DNA from: Octopus sinensis
Taxonomy: Eukaryota
DNA: 64,000 nt
NCBI RefSeq assembly: GCF_006345805.1
Contig: NC_042997.1
Coordinates: 4,650,001 to 4,714,000 of the forward strand
Reading direction: 5' to 3'
In this document: positions 13,027 through 27,100 of the stretch, piece after piece
How positions within the stretch are numbered: the first letter of the stretch is position 1
Layout: each line of letters begins with the position of its first letter
Made by a program: the position numbers and the translations under genes
Notes under the pieces: model-generated
The model's input: the letters and a program-made list of their open reading frames with translations, nothing else
Told to the model about the DNA's origin: nothing
The model's database searches: none

Positions 13027-13680
13027 TTAAACGTATTGAGATTGAATAGTCATAATTATTTAGAGTGAGAAGTTGTTACATGTCCGACAGCTTATTTCGT
13101 GGGCATAATGTTGGTAGATGTATCTGAACAAAATTTGCATCCTGTAATAGAAACACACAAAAATTGGTAAACTGGAGAGCATCTTTCATCTGGGTGGATA
13201 GAAAAGATTCTAACATATTAGATCATTATGCATGGAAATATGTATAGTAGGAGGCAAAGTATTATTAACGGTTGTAGGAAGTAGGTATCTAGGTAACTTG
13301 ATGGGAATATGTGGAGTAGTGGAGTATCAGAGGGGATAAGAAATCGGAGAATCATGTCAGAACGATGGTGGCGTGAATGCTTAGGATATTGAAAGATTTA
13401 GTATTAGGAATAGGAGTGAAGAATTTGGAGATAAATGGGAGGGGAATTAAGCAGTATTTGTTGATGGCCAATGCTACTGGCTTTATGAAGACATGTTAAA
13501 AATTTCGGATCGTAGTCAATATGATTAAGATAGTGAGAGAAGAGAAGGGAGCGAATGTTAAGTAAGGGAAAAGGTGAATCAAAATGTAGTTGGATCGCGA
13601 AGGAGGAATTTCAGGAATGAGGTTGGGTCGGCAATGAAAACGCTGGTATGCACATTAGTCGACTGATCAGTATATTGGTA
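13025..13680 (-). mobile_element. Highly decayed Penelope-like element fragment (thumb/linker region)
   Basis: Weak minus-strand resemblance to the PLE linker (PSDTPLLHIFP, Cys-rich remnants); many stops. Confidence 0.4.
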
Positions 13681-14973
13681 GCTAAATGGGTAATTATAAT
13701 CTACATATTATATGGTAGACTGTATATTATACGATACTAGCCCCCGCTTCCTGAGTCTAATGATATGAATCCTCCTGAACAGAATACAGAACAATAATCT
13801 GTTGCAAGAATTCAAAATCACAATTGATTATATGTTAGATGCGTCATACAAGACACCTGGCTAATCACAAATGGCAAGGAAGTCAGATATCCGATTTTTA
13901 ACAGCGATAATGCATATACAGTCGTTATAGCACAAAGTTTCTATTTAAGGCATTTGAAAGGCATTCTTCCATATTTTTCTCATCTAATTTTTGTGAATAG
14001 TTGATCGGCGCACAGTCAAATTCTGGTTAGCTACACAGCGGTGAAATTCTCGTAAACATAAGAAAATCTAAAACGCAAATCCCAATATAAAGAAACACAG
14101 AAGATTACAGATATCCCCGTGCATCATACCTTGAAGTTTCCAAAGAGATTAACTAAGGCAACATGAAAGGAAACAGTGATCCAAAAGCTACTGTCTACTT
14201 CTAATGAGAATGTCATTCGATACCACAAAGTAATTCGATACCACAAAGACGTTTGTCTTCAATATTAACACTTATGTAACTGTACCACACAATGAAACGA
14301 AAATAAAATCATTACAAATTATTTAAACTTGATAAAAAAAAAAGATTGACACCAAATACACGAAACGCATCAGTGAAGGAAGACAAATATATAATTGATG
14401 AGAACAATTTGAAGAATATATGTATGTATGTATGTAGGCATTATGTATGCACGCATGTATATAGATATAGATATATATTTACAAACACACACACACATAT
14501 ATATATATGTGTGTGTATATATATATGTATATATACATATATGTATATACCTGTATAAGTGTATGTATGTCTATTTGTAAATATATATATGCATATGCAT
14601 ATGTTTATATGTATATACATATATATATAAACATGTGTGTGTATTTGTATATATATATATGTGTATATATATATATATATCATATATATATATATATATA
14701 TACGTACACAAACTATACGTATAGACTTGCACTGAGTTTCTCTAATTGTCGGACATTAAACATCCATTAAACTATTAAATGTATATATCAATTATTCATC
14801 ACATTGCTCATTCTACTTACAATATAATTTTACCAATTAGAGCAGCTGTATAGCATCTACACAGACACATTAAAGTTATATGCACGCGCGCGCACTTCTT
14901 TGCCTTAGTGAGAGCATGTGTATGCTTTATATATAAATATGTCTGTCTGTCTCTCTCTCTCACTCTTTCTTTC

Positions 14974-15043
<70 letters not shown>

Positions 15044-15091
15044 CTTGGAAATGGATGCGACGCGTTCCATTAAACGATATTTAGTAAATAA

Positions 15092-15145
<54 letters not shown>

Positions 15146-15386
15146 GCATGCATAAATAGGTACAAGACGCCATCTGTGCAAAAAAAGGAAATAGTAAACA
15201 AACATAAACAATGAGAAAAAAAGGCAAAGGAAGACAAATAAACACACAGAAAGGACCCTTCATTAATTGTCGGCTGTATATCTGCTCCTCATTTGGAGCA
15301 TTCAACGACAACGTATAATCATCAAATTCTAAAATGAATTTGGGATTTATGGAGAGTCAAATAAGAAATATATATGTGTACATATA

Positions 15387-15436
<50 letters not shown>

Positions 15437-15575
15437 TATATATATATATATTATATATATATATATACACATATATATATATATATGTATAAATATATAT
15501 ATGTATATATATATACATATACATATATACATATTTATATATATATATATACATCTCTATATGTGCCTATATAGA

Positions 15576-15621
<46 letters not shown>

Positions 15622-18600
15622 ATAGATAGATAGATAGATAGAGAGATAGATAGACACTGATACTTCGATACTCATATATCAATGCATGCTTAGATGCGAT
15701 TTTCTATGACATTCTGAATACTATTTTTCTTATATTGCCCATAGGATTACCATCCTGGTAATTTCAGGACATCTGCCATTATGCGAAAACTAGTTACCAC
15801 TTACTTGTAAATTCAAATTTACTACTACGTATATGTATATTCTGTATTCGTGTGTACATACAGTAAATGCCAAAACAAATTTCTCTGTGCCAGTCTGTCA
15901 TACATTGTCCCTACTTTCTCACTCTTCATTGACACTTCTTGCTGAGTTGAGAGTAATAGTAGCAATAGAGATGTTGAGGGCTCTAGTAGATTAATAGATG
16001 AGGTAATGGAGTGAAAGTAATAGTATGAGCTGTAGTTCTGACAGACTCGGAGGTGAGGGTTGTGCTGATGATTGTGGTGGTGGTATTTGAGGCGGTCAAG
16101 CATGCCAGTGATGGTAAGGGACGTGAACGACACTGGTGATGTTGTTGGGAGGGGATTGTGGCGAAGTCAAAGGTGTTGATGATGGTGCCAGGAGAAGTCT
16201 GAACGGTGTATGTACGGCAGTTGTGATGGCAATGGTGGTGGTACTAGTGATGCTGATAGTTGAAAACAATTAACAGAATGAGAGAGAAAGAGTGGGGAGA
16301 GAGAGGGGGAGGGAGAGAGGAATAAAGAAGTTATACAGCTAAAAATGCATTAACACACAAATGGGAAAACAAAACCTGTTTATGGTGAAGCTTTGCAATA
16401 TGTTCCAAGTCCACTTATTCTATCTTTGCTTTCAAGAAAATTGTTCTCTGCTAGAAAAATATTGGCCAAGTTTTTTAAAAATTAATATGTACTCAATGTA
16501 TGAAATGTCATTCTTTGGTTGTGTCCTTAAGGGCAAATTTATGTTCAAACCTACATACATTCAGAGGCAGACATATATATATGTATGTGTGCATATATAT
16601 GTAATTGTATAGTTGTATGTGTAAGTTATATCTGTATAAGTGTGTGTATATAAATGTGTATCTTTTTGCCTTCTTTTTGTTCTGTTTCCGTGGTTTGGTA
16701 TTCATTTGTGTTGCTATACTCCGACAGACATATATATTTCTATTTCGGAACAGTTTTTAATATGGCGAAATCTTTCCTCGATGATGTATGAAGCATATTC
16801 CACATCCTTGAAACCTAGATTCAATTCTTCTAAAAGAAACATTGGCCAACGGTTGTGTCGAACCAAGCATACTGAATATAATGCATGTACAGAAGTTGCT
16901 TAGAAACGCTTCTAATTTATTCCACTTTTATTTGAAATTTATTGAATTTTATCTCAAATATGGACAATTGTCACAAAGGTTGCCGCAATGATTAAGACTT
17001 AGTATGAAAACAACATTAAATATTCATTTGCATAATGATACATTTCCTGGCTAATTGATTGAGTAGGAAATTTAGTTTTATAAAGGAATGAATATGTACC
17101 GTCGTCACCGACGGAGGAACATTTTCTTCCATTTATATGCTCCACCGCATCACTTTACATTTACATTTATAACACATCATCGATTTCGAATTCAACAACC
17201 TTTTCTTGAATATGTCTCCGATTTCAACGAAATGATAATGCAAATGCACCGTGAAATATATAATTATGAAGTAACTAGTTATTTTACTTAAATAGACAAA
17301 ATTATATTTTTCCAGTATAAACGAATATATGTATACATGTGTGTGTGTGTTTGTGTGTCTGTATACACGCAAACATGATACATCTATACACACACACATT
17401 AACTCATTCGCACACACATTCACCCCACACACAGACGGAAACATATATGTGAGAAGGAATGGGAGTATATAGCGATGTGAATTTACATAGCCGTGTGAAT
17501 CTATAATTTTATATTTATCTATATGTTATATATATATATATATGTTTGTATATTTATATATTATATATATGTACATATATGCACACATATTTTTATGTAT
17601 TTATATATTTGCCTGCTTGTTTATGTATGTGGTTGTATGTACGTGATCATCTTTCTCTATCTAGGCGTGTTAGTGTCTATAAAATAATACACTATTTAGC
17701 AAGTGAATATATTTTGTTTTAAGAGATAAACATGAAATATTCATGTCTAGGTTAATGAAAGCTTGAATAATTTTGAAAGAAATTTGACTCATTTCGTAGC
17801 TGGAGATTTTACGTCTGGTACCATTTGGTATTATTCTGAATTTTAAAAAGGTCGAGGAAATTTAAGTTTCTAATAAATTATTTCATTTGATTTCTCGTGA
17901 AATGAATATATGAATTCACTTTTCATTTCGTTTTACTAGAAATTAGTCGGTAAAAATTAATCTTGGACTTTGATCTACGTATTTTACGATAAAGAACAGC
18001 TAGTGTCGTTGTCGTCATGTAAGTATTACGTATACTATATATAATATATTTAGTATTTGAAAAACGATTTGCAAAAATGCTAAACACCGTCTCTCCCGTG
18101 ATATAATATGCATAAATCTTGCTATCTTTTCATTATCACCTCAAGCTCTCACTTTCCCTCGCGAGTAACTTTCGCCCTGTTGTACTTCTCGTTACACACA
18201 CAGTACCACACACACATACACACACACAAACACACACACGAATGCACGCACACACACACGCACAAGCATAGGCATATAAGCATGTATATAAACATGCATA
18301 TATACATGTATATATATATATATATATACATACAGACATACATGCACACACACACACACACAGAGAGAAACACACACACACGCACATAAAATGAAAACCA
18401 TATGCAGTGGGGGAACTATGAGGGGAGAATAAATTTATTTCACCACTGGTCATTCTTAGGATTACGCCTGTTTCGATGCCATCATCATTTAATTATAATT
18501 TCAATGTAGTACAATTAAGGTCTTTATGTGGCTAAGTATAAACATATATACACGCATACATATGTACATGCGTTCATATAGATACATATAAATATCTTAA

Positions 18601-21382
18601 TATGAAAAATATGAATAGTGTCTCAAATTGAAATTTATTGTTGGCCCATATCGCTATGAGGTAAATGCTTCAATCACATTGAATCGGAACGACTGCATTG
18701 AAAGTGTGCATTTAATGAATCATGCACAAGAATAAAAAGAAAATAATGTCGAAGGTTTAAACAACAGGAATACAGTGTTTTCCACGTGAAGAATTACAGA
18801 ATCATGTGCTTCTTCTAAAGCAGTTATTAGAATATGTACAATATGTACAAAGCCTTAAATATAATACATGAGAATACTATACACCGATGGGTGAAATGTA
18901 ACTTACCAATAGCAGAATATCTGAATATGGTGTAATACATTCTCTGTTACTAAGATGAAACGATAGTATGGCTAACCGCAGCAGGTATTTATTCATTTGT
19001 ATTGAACTAATGTAAAGTTAAATTTTAATAATTAACTGGAACGTTGGGTATAATTGCTATATAGAAACTATTTACATTTAAGGTACTGGGGTTTGTGGGA
19101 AATGAGTATTTTTTACAGATAGCAAAACATTTTAATAGGGTCTAATACTATATTTATTACTAAGTTGAAAATAAATTATGGTTAATAAGGCTGGGAATTA
19201 TTCAATTATATTCATTTAGGTAGTAGACGATCCGAATATGGTTTAATAAATTATCTATTAATAAGCAAGAGCAAATTATGGTTAACAAAGGTAGGGAATT
19301 AGCTAATATATATGAACGGCTTGAATTAGGGTACCTGCATTAATGGGTAATAATTGGTGTTACAAATAGCAGAATATTCAAACATAGGATAGTGTCTGTT
19401 ACTAATATGGGGTAGAATTATTATTAAGTAAGGTAGAAAATTATAAAATATCATTTATCTTCGTTAATTGTACATATAATAATTTAGTGTAAAGTTAAGG
19501 ATAGTTAATATGTAGGCATGATTTATATTAAGGTCCTGGTATTTTAGGTTCTATTCACTTCTCTGATCAATAATATTCGATATAAATTTATTAATATAAA
19601 AAACCTCCGATACACAGACCCAACACCAGCCATAACCTCCTTTGTTATGCATTACTTACAATAGACGAATTAATTTTATATTCAATACTATTACCAGTAT
19701 AAGAAATTACCAGTTTAGTTTACTAGCTAGTCTGCTAGCATATGTTAAGTGGTGTCTTGTTCTAAATTGCACTTACATTATCTAGACACAAATAAAAATA
19801 TTTTAACCAAGAAGTATGCCAATATTACATCAGTATTCATATCATTGTTAACAACACCATCTCACTTATAATCGTGGTTTCTAAATTCTCTACATCATCA
19901 ATTTAATTTAATACAAAAATCTCTCACATTACCATACATATTTCACAACGTGGTCTTACGTAAAGTGAAAAAGAGTGTTACTGTACATGTACTATCATTC
20001 CATGGCTTTTCAATGCCACTTTCTTCTTTCGCTATCAAGTTATTTTGAGAGCTATTTCTAGATACCGTAATGAACAGCAAACTTAATAAATGTGGTCTTC
20101 CACTCTCACGGACGTATGCAACAGAACAGTAACATTACTACAACTATCAGTTGTAATTCGATGGGTGAAAATAAAAACATAATGTTGCAGAATTAGGAAA
20201 TTTATGCATTTTCATATATTCAGTATACTACTAGTGCCACATTGACTTACTCCGAGAAACTTTTGCAAACGATACAAATTAAAAAATAAAAAAAGACTTA
20301 GTTGTAACAGTAAAGGACACATACTATTCCTGAATACAATAAGCAAATAAATATCTAGACTATTATAGTCTACCGATCCTATACTAAGTATTGACTCTGT
20401 CTAAATTTGCTTTTTTAAATTTGAATACTGTAGGCAATCCTGTTATCCAAGTATGTGTGTTAATTATATTGTCCTTAAATATGCTTATGATGGAAGTATA
20501 CTATTCGCCGTCGGTTCAGATAACTTTATTCTGTGCACTAGTATTTATAAATGATTCCACCAATGAAAATGATGGTGAATTCACTGGGGTGTACCGGTGA
20601 AGTACATAATTTTTGCATCTCCTACTCCCACCTATCTCATTTTAATACACTTTGGCTTTTATATCGTGTTGCTATTTTTACAGTAATCCACAATTCGCCA
20701 TAACTATTTTTAAGGGAAAGTATATAAGAATTAATTATGGAGGTTTACTAATTGGATGTAGCTCAAATATAAGTTGATAAAACCAGATTTGTGAATTTAC
20801 TTTTCATTAATATTTAATATATGTTTGTGCATAAAATGCATTTCATTTTGAAGATGCTGCACCTGACTTTGGAATTGTTGAGAACAAAGCTTGAATTATT
20901 ATCGCTAGGGTTAACATAAACACTTGCAAATAGATGAAAAGTGGATTTGATCATCCTTAAAATCTAAATTCACCTGGTTAGCACATTAAGGTGGTTGGCT
21001 ACTTCACAATATATTAGAATGTCATAATACTGATATTTGGACTCCATACATTCGACATTAGCCACTCTATATATACACAAGGCACACATTTCTTATCATC
21101 ACTGTGTCGTAGTGGGGATAATATCAGGATTGGCATACATAAATCAAAACTTACTTCTCAGACAACATTCTTACACTGGTTTTTAGGTAGAACATATCGA
21201 AATACATTTAAAATCTCAGAAATATTTTCATGATTTTGTGTTTATATATTTGATAGATATATATATATATATATATATATTTGAGTAGCTGAATGAATTA
21301 TCTTGTTATGGATAATTCGGTTCACTATGGGCTCCGTGTGAGCAGTCATCTAAAATTTGTTTGTGCATCTTGATGTTGACAT

Positions 21383-21449
21383 AAGTTCCTTGCTTTTCCT
21401 GATGAGAAAGCGGCAACCTTCGAAACATATGTCGAAAATAAAGGAATTT
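21383..21449 (+). ncRNA. Canonical minimal type I hammerhead ribozyme candidate
   Basis: TTCCTT-gc-TTTTC / GAAAA-ta-AAGGAA stem I with internal loop, CTGATGA 21399-21405, G10.1-C11.1 stem II (GAAAG...CCTTC), GAAA 21422-21425, palindromic ACATATGT stem III, GTC cleavage triplet 21431-21433. Lies in a ~200-bp unit (21281-21480) bounded by (TA)n. Confidence 0.8.
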
Positions 21450-21510
21450 CGTTAATTCGTCGTTCAACTCCATTCTTTAATATATATATATATATATATG
21501 TATAATACCC

Positions 21511-22056
21511 AAATGTGGATACTCATAAAGATATTATTATTTTTAGTATTATCTGCGGTGAATATAAATAATTGATAAGAGCAATAATATAGGTGCTTAC
21601 AGGTATCGAACAGTATTAAATAGCTATAGAATTAAAGTTAGCATTAAGCATAAGGGCGTACTAAGCGCCGAACCTGTTAAAAAATAGGAGTTAAAACTCC
21701 AATATAACCTTGTTAACACTGAAAATATGAAAGAAAACAACAGTAATCAGGCAAGCGGGTAAATATTTAAAACATACCATAACAGTTACTGGCACTTGGA
21801 TATTCTTGTATCATGATTTCAAGTTCTGGCCTCAATTACCTTCAGTAAAATAAAAAAAATTCAAGCATATCATGTTGAAGATTGCCAGCGTTCTGATTTG
21901 TATTCCAACAAAAACAGAACGGCCTCAGTGTAAATATATTAATAATAATGAGTGAATATTCAAATGTGAACACTCATAAAGATATCATTATTGTTAATAT
22001 TATCTGTGGTGAATATAAATAATTGATGATAATAACAGCAATAATATAGGTGGTTA
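21511..22056 (+). repeat. Pair of ~90-bp diverged direct repeats (21511-21600 and 21962-22056)
   Basis: AAATGTG.A.ACTCATAAAGATAT.ATTATT.TTA.TATTATCTG.GGTGAATATAAATAATTGAT...GCAATAATATAGGTG occurs twice. Confidence 0.8.
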
Positions 22057-22792
22057 TATATGTTCATACAGTTGACAGTAATATTTAAGCGCTGATTTAT
22101 GATTTACGTAGAGCCGAGCTGTACATTGTTATCCTTCACTTAAAAGATATATGCAATTTAGGTTTTACTTAACGGAACAGAAAAAAATGTAAAATCATAT
22201 TTAAAACAGTTACAGGTCCCATCAAATTTAGAAAACACTCTGGACTGCACAGCTACTGAAATATAGATTTAATTAGTTCCTATACATTACAACACATGAA
22301 TGACCATATCATTCAACTAAATACAGTAATTAATTATTTCGAGAAACCATTAAGATACGTTGGTGTTGACATTAAGAAATGGTGTGAATCATTTAAATCA
22401 TAATTATTAACGGAAGTGCTTTCAGTTAACCAAGCTGGATGTATTCATTTATGTGGTAAAACATCACACCAGTGTTTTAAATTTTGCCAAATTACTACAA
22501 ATATTACATTTCGATATACGTTTCATTTTATTCTTATGACCATGAGTTGCTTATAAGTTTGTGAATGTGATTCAATGTAATATGAGAATATGGCAATTAC
22601 AAGGAAGGAGACTACGGTCTATTCAACAAGCTTCACAAAGAAAGGCGAACCATTAGTCCAAGTTTGTATCATACATAGCAGAATGTAAATTAGTAACACC
22701 CGGTATGTAAATGAATACATTATGTTAGCATTTGGAGATTTTTATTGCAAACTATATGCCACTATAGAACTCGGGTATAGATAATACATGTA

Positions 22793-22838
<46 letters not shown>

Positions 22839-23157
22839 GTGTGTGTGTGTGTGTGTATGTATGCATGTGTGTGTGTGTGTGTGTATGTGTGTGCGGTAGA
22901 AAAAAATAGATTAGACTACTATCAACATGTATGTAATTTGGTCAATATCAAATCCTAAATAAAATAAGTTTGACATATTTATATAGGTTTCGATTTAGGA
23001 CGAATTATATATTGATCAAATCCGCACACATATGTGTTAATAGTAGTTTGCCTAATGTGAATGTTTACCTTTTATTTTTTATACCTGTCTCACATCTCAG
23101 TTTCGGCTTGAGAACTCCTAAGCAATATGTAAACTTCGTAAGAAAAAAATAACTATA

Positions 23158-23265
<108 letters not shown>

Positions 23266-23269
23266 AAAC

Positions 23270-23810
23270 TAACTGCAGAACTCGAAGCAGTTCAAAGATG
23301 GTACACAAAGGAGATCGTCTCAATGCAACATATCAGTTGAAAGTATTAAAACTATTCTCCCTAGAGCGAAGGCGGGAGAGATATGTAGTGATATACACCT
23401 GGAAAATACTGGATGGTATTGTCCCAAACTTTGGCATTCAAAGTTACCCCAACCGCAGAACGGGGCGCCACTCCATGGTGACAAAGATTGCAAAATCACC
23501 ATCAAAATACAGGACCAGATACTGCAACAGCTTTGGTTTCAGAGGACCACAGCTCTTTAACCTCCTCCCTAAATGCCTGAGAGACTTGCATGGTGTGGAT
23601 GTTGGTTTCTTTAAAACTAAACTGGATCTCTTCTTGTCGGGGGTCCCAGATGAACCTACTCCACGACAGGAGACACAGATGCGGGCAGCGGCATCAAACT
23701 CCCTTGTTGACCAAGTGCCACGTATCAGAGGCGGATTCACATATTAGTGTAGCTCATTCAGCGGTGGTGCCCCAGCATGGCCGCAGCCTTCGGGCTGAAA
23801 TATTTTTTAA
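23270..23810 (+). mobile_element. CR1/L2-type LINE, 5'-truncated 3' fragment (same family as 6477-7245)
   Basis: ORF 23298-23747 LKVLKLFSLERRRERY...FRGPQLFNLLPKCLRDL...KLDLFLSGVPDEP; 3' motif GGTGGTGCCCCAGCATGGCCGCAGCCTTCGGGCTGAAA at 23763-23800. Confidence 0.9.
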
Positions 23811-23825
23811 GGATTTTAAGGATAC

Positions 23826-23873
<48 letters not shown>

Positions 23874-23875
23874 CT

Positions 23876-24210
23876 AGGGCACTCCGTTGGTTACGACGAC
23901 GAGGGTTCCAGTTGATCTAATCAACAGAACAGCCTGCTTGTGATATTAACGTGTAAGTGGCTGAGCACTCCACAGACACGTGTATGTTTAACGTAGTTCT
24001 CGGGGAGATTCAGCGTGACACAGTGTGTGACAAAGCTGGCCCTTTTAAAACTAGGTACCACAGAAATAGGAAGAGAGAGCGAAAGAAAATTGTGGTGAGA
24101 GAGTACAGCACTTACCGGAGTCTCGTGGAGTTCTAAGTGGTTTTGCTCACAACGCCCGTTCTGGGAATCGGAGGCATGTCTGCTGCCCTAACCACTGGGC
24201 CATTGCGCTC
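23876..24210 (-). mobile_element. Second tRNA-derived SINE family
   Basis: Reverse complement begins GCGCAATGGCCCAGTGGTTAGGGCAGC (A-box TGGCNNAGTGG), then CGATTCCC (partial B-box) and a GC-richer body, ending GTCGTAACCAACGGAGTGCCCT at (TA)n. Confidence 0.7.
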
Positions 24211-25969
24211 TATTTTATATATATATATATATGCGCGCAAGTGTCAATACACCGATGAAACATTTAAAATTGTATGCATCCATGTAAGATCATGAATAAA
24301 CTTTAGAAAATCTAAATTAAAGAAAACTAAATTAAAAAGATATATGTACTAATAGTACATTAAATTTTAATTTTGTAATCTAATGGCAAAAACTATTTAA
24401 TTTCCTCTCAGAATATAGTTCTTAGGCGCTACTTGCTTGCATTAAGTATTGCTAATGTTAATATGGTACTAGACCCACAGTAGAGATGATTTAATCGATT
24501 AGGAATTGAGAGATTGGTTTACACTTTTTCTCTATTTTCACACTAGTACATCAATGCACTAGTACATTAGTACAATTTTTCATCAGGCGGAGAACGTACT
24601 ATTTGATATGGAGTGGATGAAATATTTCTCAGTTGCAGGATTGATTTATTTCCAGAATTTCACCCTGCTGCCTGGCATCCTATATTCCCAAGGAATAACA
24701 TCAAAACTTTGTGATTAATGATTTTCAACAACGATTCCTAAATTTGTTCAACTGCTGAGAGAATCGTCTGCTGCATTAGTTCCATTAAATGCATTACAGT
24801 GACAGAATCCTAACAAGCACTACTTTCAGGGGTGGACGTCCTATTTTTGCTACATTTCCGATTAGTACGTCTTCGCTATATCACTCTCTGCGTCGCTTTA
24901 TTTTCATTACAAATCATAAAGGTCTTAAAATACTACTTGGCGTTCTGGAGATGATTAAGAAATTCAGATATCCACCTGTGTTGTAAAGTTGCTTACTGTC
25001 AAACTACGGGGTCACATTGTCAAAGTTGAGACGCCCGTCAAAGCTTTGGAATGTCTGATGACTTGTTGAATGACCTGAGTGCAGATTCCGAGTTACTTCT
25101 TATAGTATAACAACAACTTTTCCCTGGACATATCAGAACTCTATGACATTTCTTTGGAGCAAACTTTCAAACTATCTTTATAAAAGATAGTATCATTTTA
25201 AAAGAAAGTCCTCTATACTTTCAAGCTATCTTTATAAAATTTCTTTAAAAAATTTCGTTTCTAAATTTTTTTCCGTGAGCATCATAAATATTTGTCTGTT
25301 TCTGCATCACTCTTATGATTTATGCACATAAACAATTATATCTAATGAACCTTTCTTGGATGTTTACGCGCTTAGATGTGTCAAATAAGTAAATAATTTA
25401 GCTAATTATTGTAGTAACGGCACACATAACTATTTGATAAATGTAAAGTTCATAATACATATTGCTGTCATTCATGTGCCTTAAGCAAAGGAAAATGTTA
25501 TTCACATGTAGAAATCCAATTTTAAACAGAGCTTATGTGATAAATGTACGTAGTTGAGTGGCTTAGAAGGTCAGATTAAGACAGTTGCTCTGTGTAAAAA
25601 TATGTTTCAGAAGATATTGTGATTAGATAAAGTGGTAATTTACATAAACACATACAAACACGAATATATTCTCACACAATGATGCAGGACCTCATGAACA
25701 TATACTCACATACACAGTCAACTACACATACGGATGGAAATGCACTCTAATACATATACAGAAAACTTACGCACACACATTTATACACACATATATACAC
25801 ACACACAAACATACATTCACATTCAATAAGCTCCACCACCATTGTATATATTTGCATAAGCTCACACATATATATCGCTTGAAGTGCTGCTGATAGGTAC
25901 ATAACACATAGAGGTGTAGAAAAATGACTTAAAAGGAATATCTGATATCAAGAGAAGTGAAAGGCGTTA

Positions 25970-27100
25970 AAATTATAGATTCAATGAATGGCAAGAAGGG
26001 TATTTTTGCGATGTTGTAAATTTGATTTGGCATACAATATGCATTCCTATATCCGAGAAAGTTTCTATAGATCTTGATCTGGTGGTTATATATTTTCCAG
26101 CGGCGTTTAATTTGTACATGTGTTCAAGTTCGTGCAAAACCAGTTTTGTTAGTAGGCATTGAAGCATGTAATCAAAATTCTTAGAAATGTCCGAGAGTCA
26201 CAATTTCTTTCTGCTCTTTCCATACATAGCATTGTTGAATGATGCTTTTCAGTATTTGAAACGTGGTCGTGGTTATATATTTGTCTGAATTTATATCGAA
26301 ACATATCCACTTGTTCATTTCGATAGTTTAATTTAGAGTATTTTAAATTTGTTTGGCTTTATAGTTTCCACGCCTGTCTTAACAAGCAGTCGCGTCCGTC
26401 ACTAAACGAGAAACTGTGATTATCATGTTTAATAAGGTTAATGTAGTTATTGCTTCATTTTAAAACCACACTTGTAGATGTTTTTCACAGAACATGTAGC
26501 CAATCATTAACTGGATACGAATGAAACATCTACACTGATCGTAACATTTACTGCAAAAGATTATGTAAACCATTCGAGTTTCCTGATGCACTTCTGGATT
26601 CGAAGAGCAAGACTATTCGATATAAGGAACTTCCAGCTTGAAGATATTTTCCACTACGACATAACTCTTGTCAGTTATTCCTATGATAAATTTTCTATTC
26701 TAGTATTGAGTTAACAGTACCCAAGTTCATAACCGAGTTATGATAAGACTTGTAAACAGGATTCTAACTGTTGCTTTATTTCCAAATAGCTTGCTCCATT
26801 TGATAAATGTCCTACCGATATCCCAGTGCGTGAACTTAATGTCATTTTATAATCATTTGATAATCCTTGGCGGATCTTAAATCCGTGTCATACACTAATT
26901 TCTGTATAGCTATATTTATTTGTCTAGAATGATTTTTAGTTGAAAAATCTGCTCTGCGATCATTTAATATTATGGAGAATTCATTTGTATACACGCATTC
27001 GATTACATATCTCAAATTGTGGGACAATGGTGTCGTAGATAATCTATAGATGACTTGGCATTTGATGTTGGTACAAAACTGAGATTTTTGCACAAGGTTA
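25970..27100 (-). mobile_element. Possible very old Penelope-like N-terminal remnant
   Basis: Only a weak motif (LCKNLSFVPT, resembling the PLE LxKGLxFxPT motif); otherwise decayed. Confidence 0.25.

Noticed and set aside
15825-16260. GC-richer Ser/Thr/His-rich stretch resembling a mucin-like exon
   Set aside because: Degenerate GGT/GAT/AGT trinucleotide sequence with stops in the plausible frames; no splice-supported frame.
20470-20560. Short peptide VLKYAYDGSILFAVGSDNFIL reminiscent of a WD40 strand
   Set aside because: About 25 codons, ends in a stop, no flanking splice sites or further repeats.
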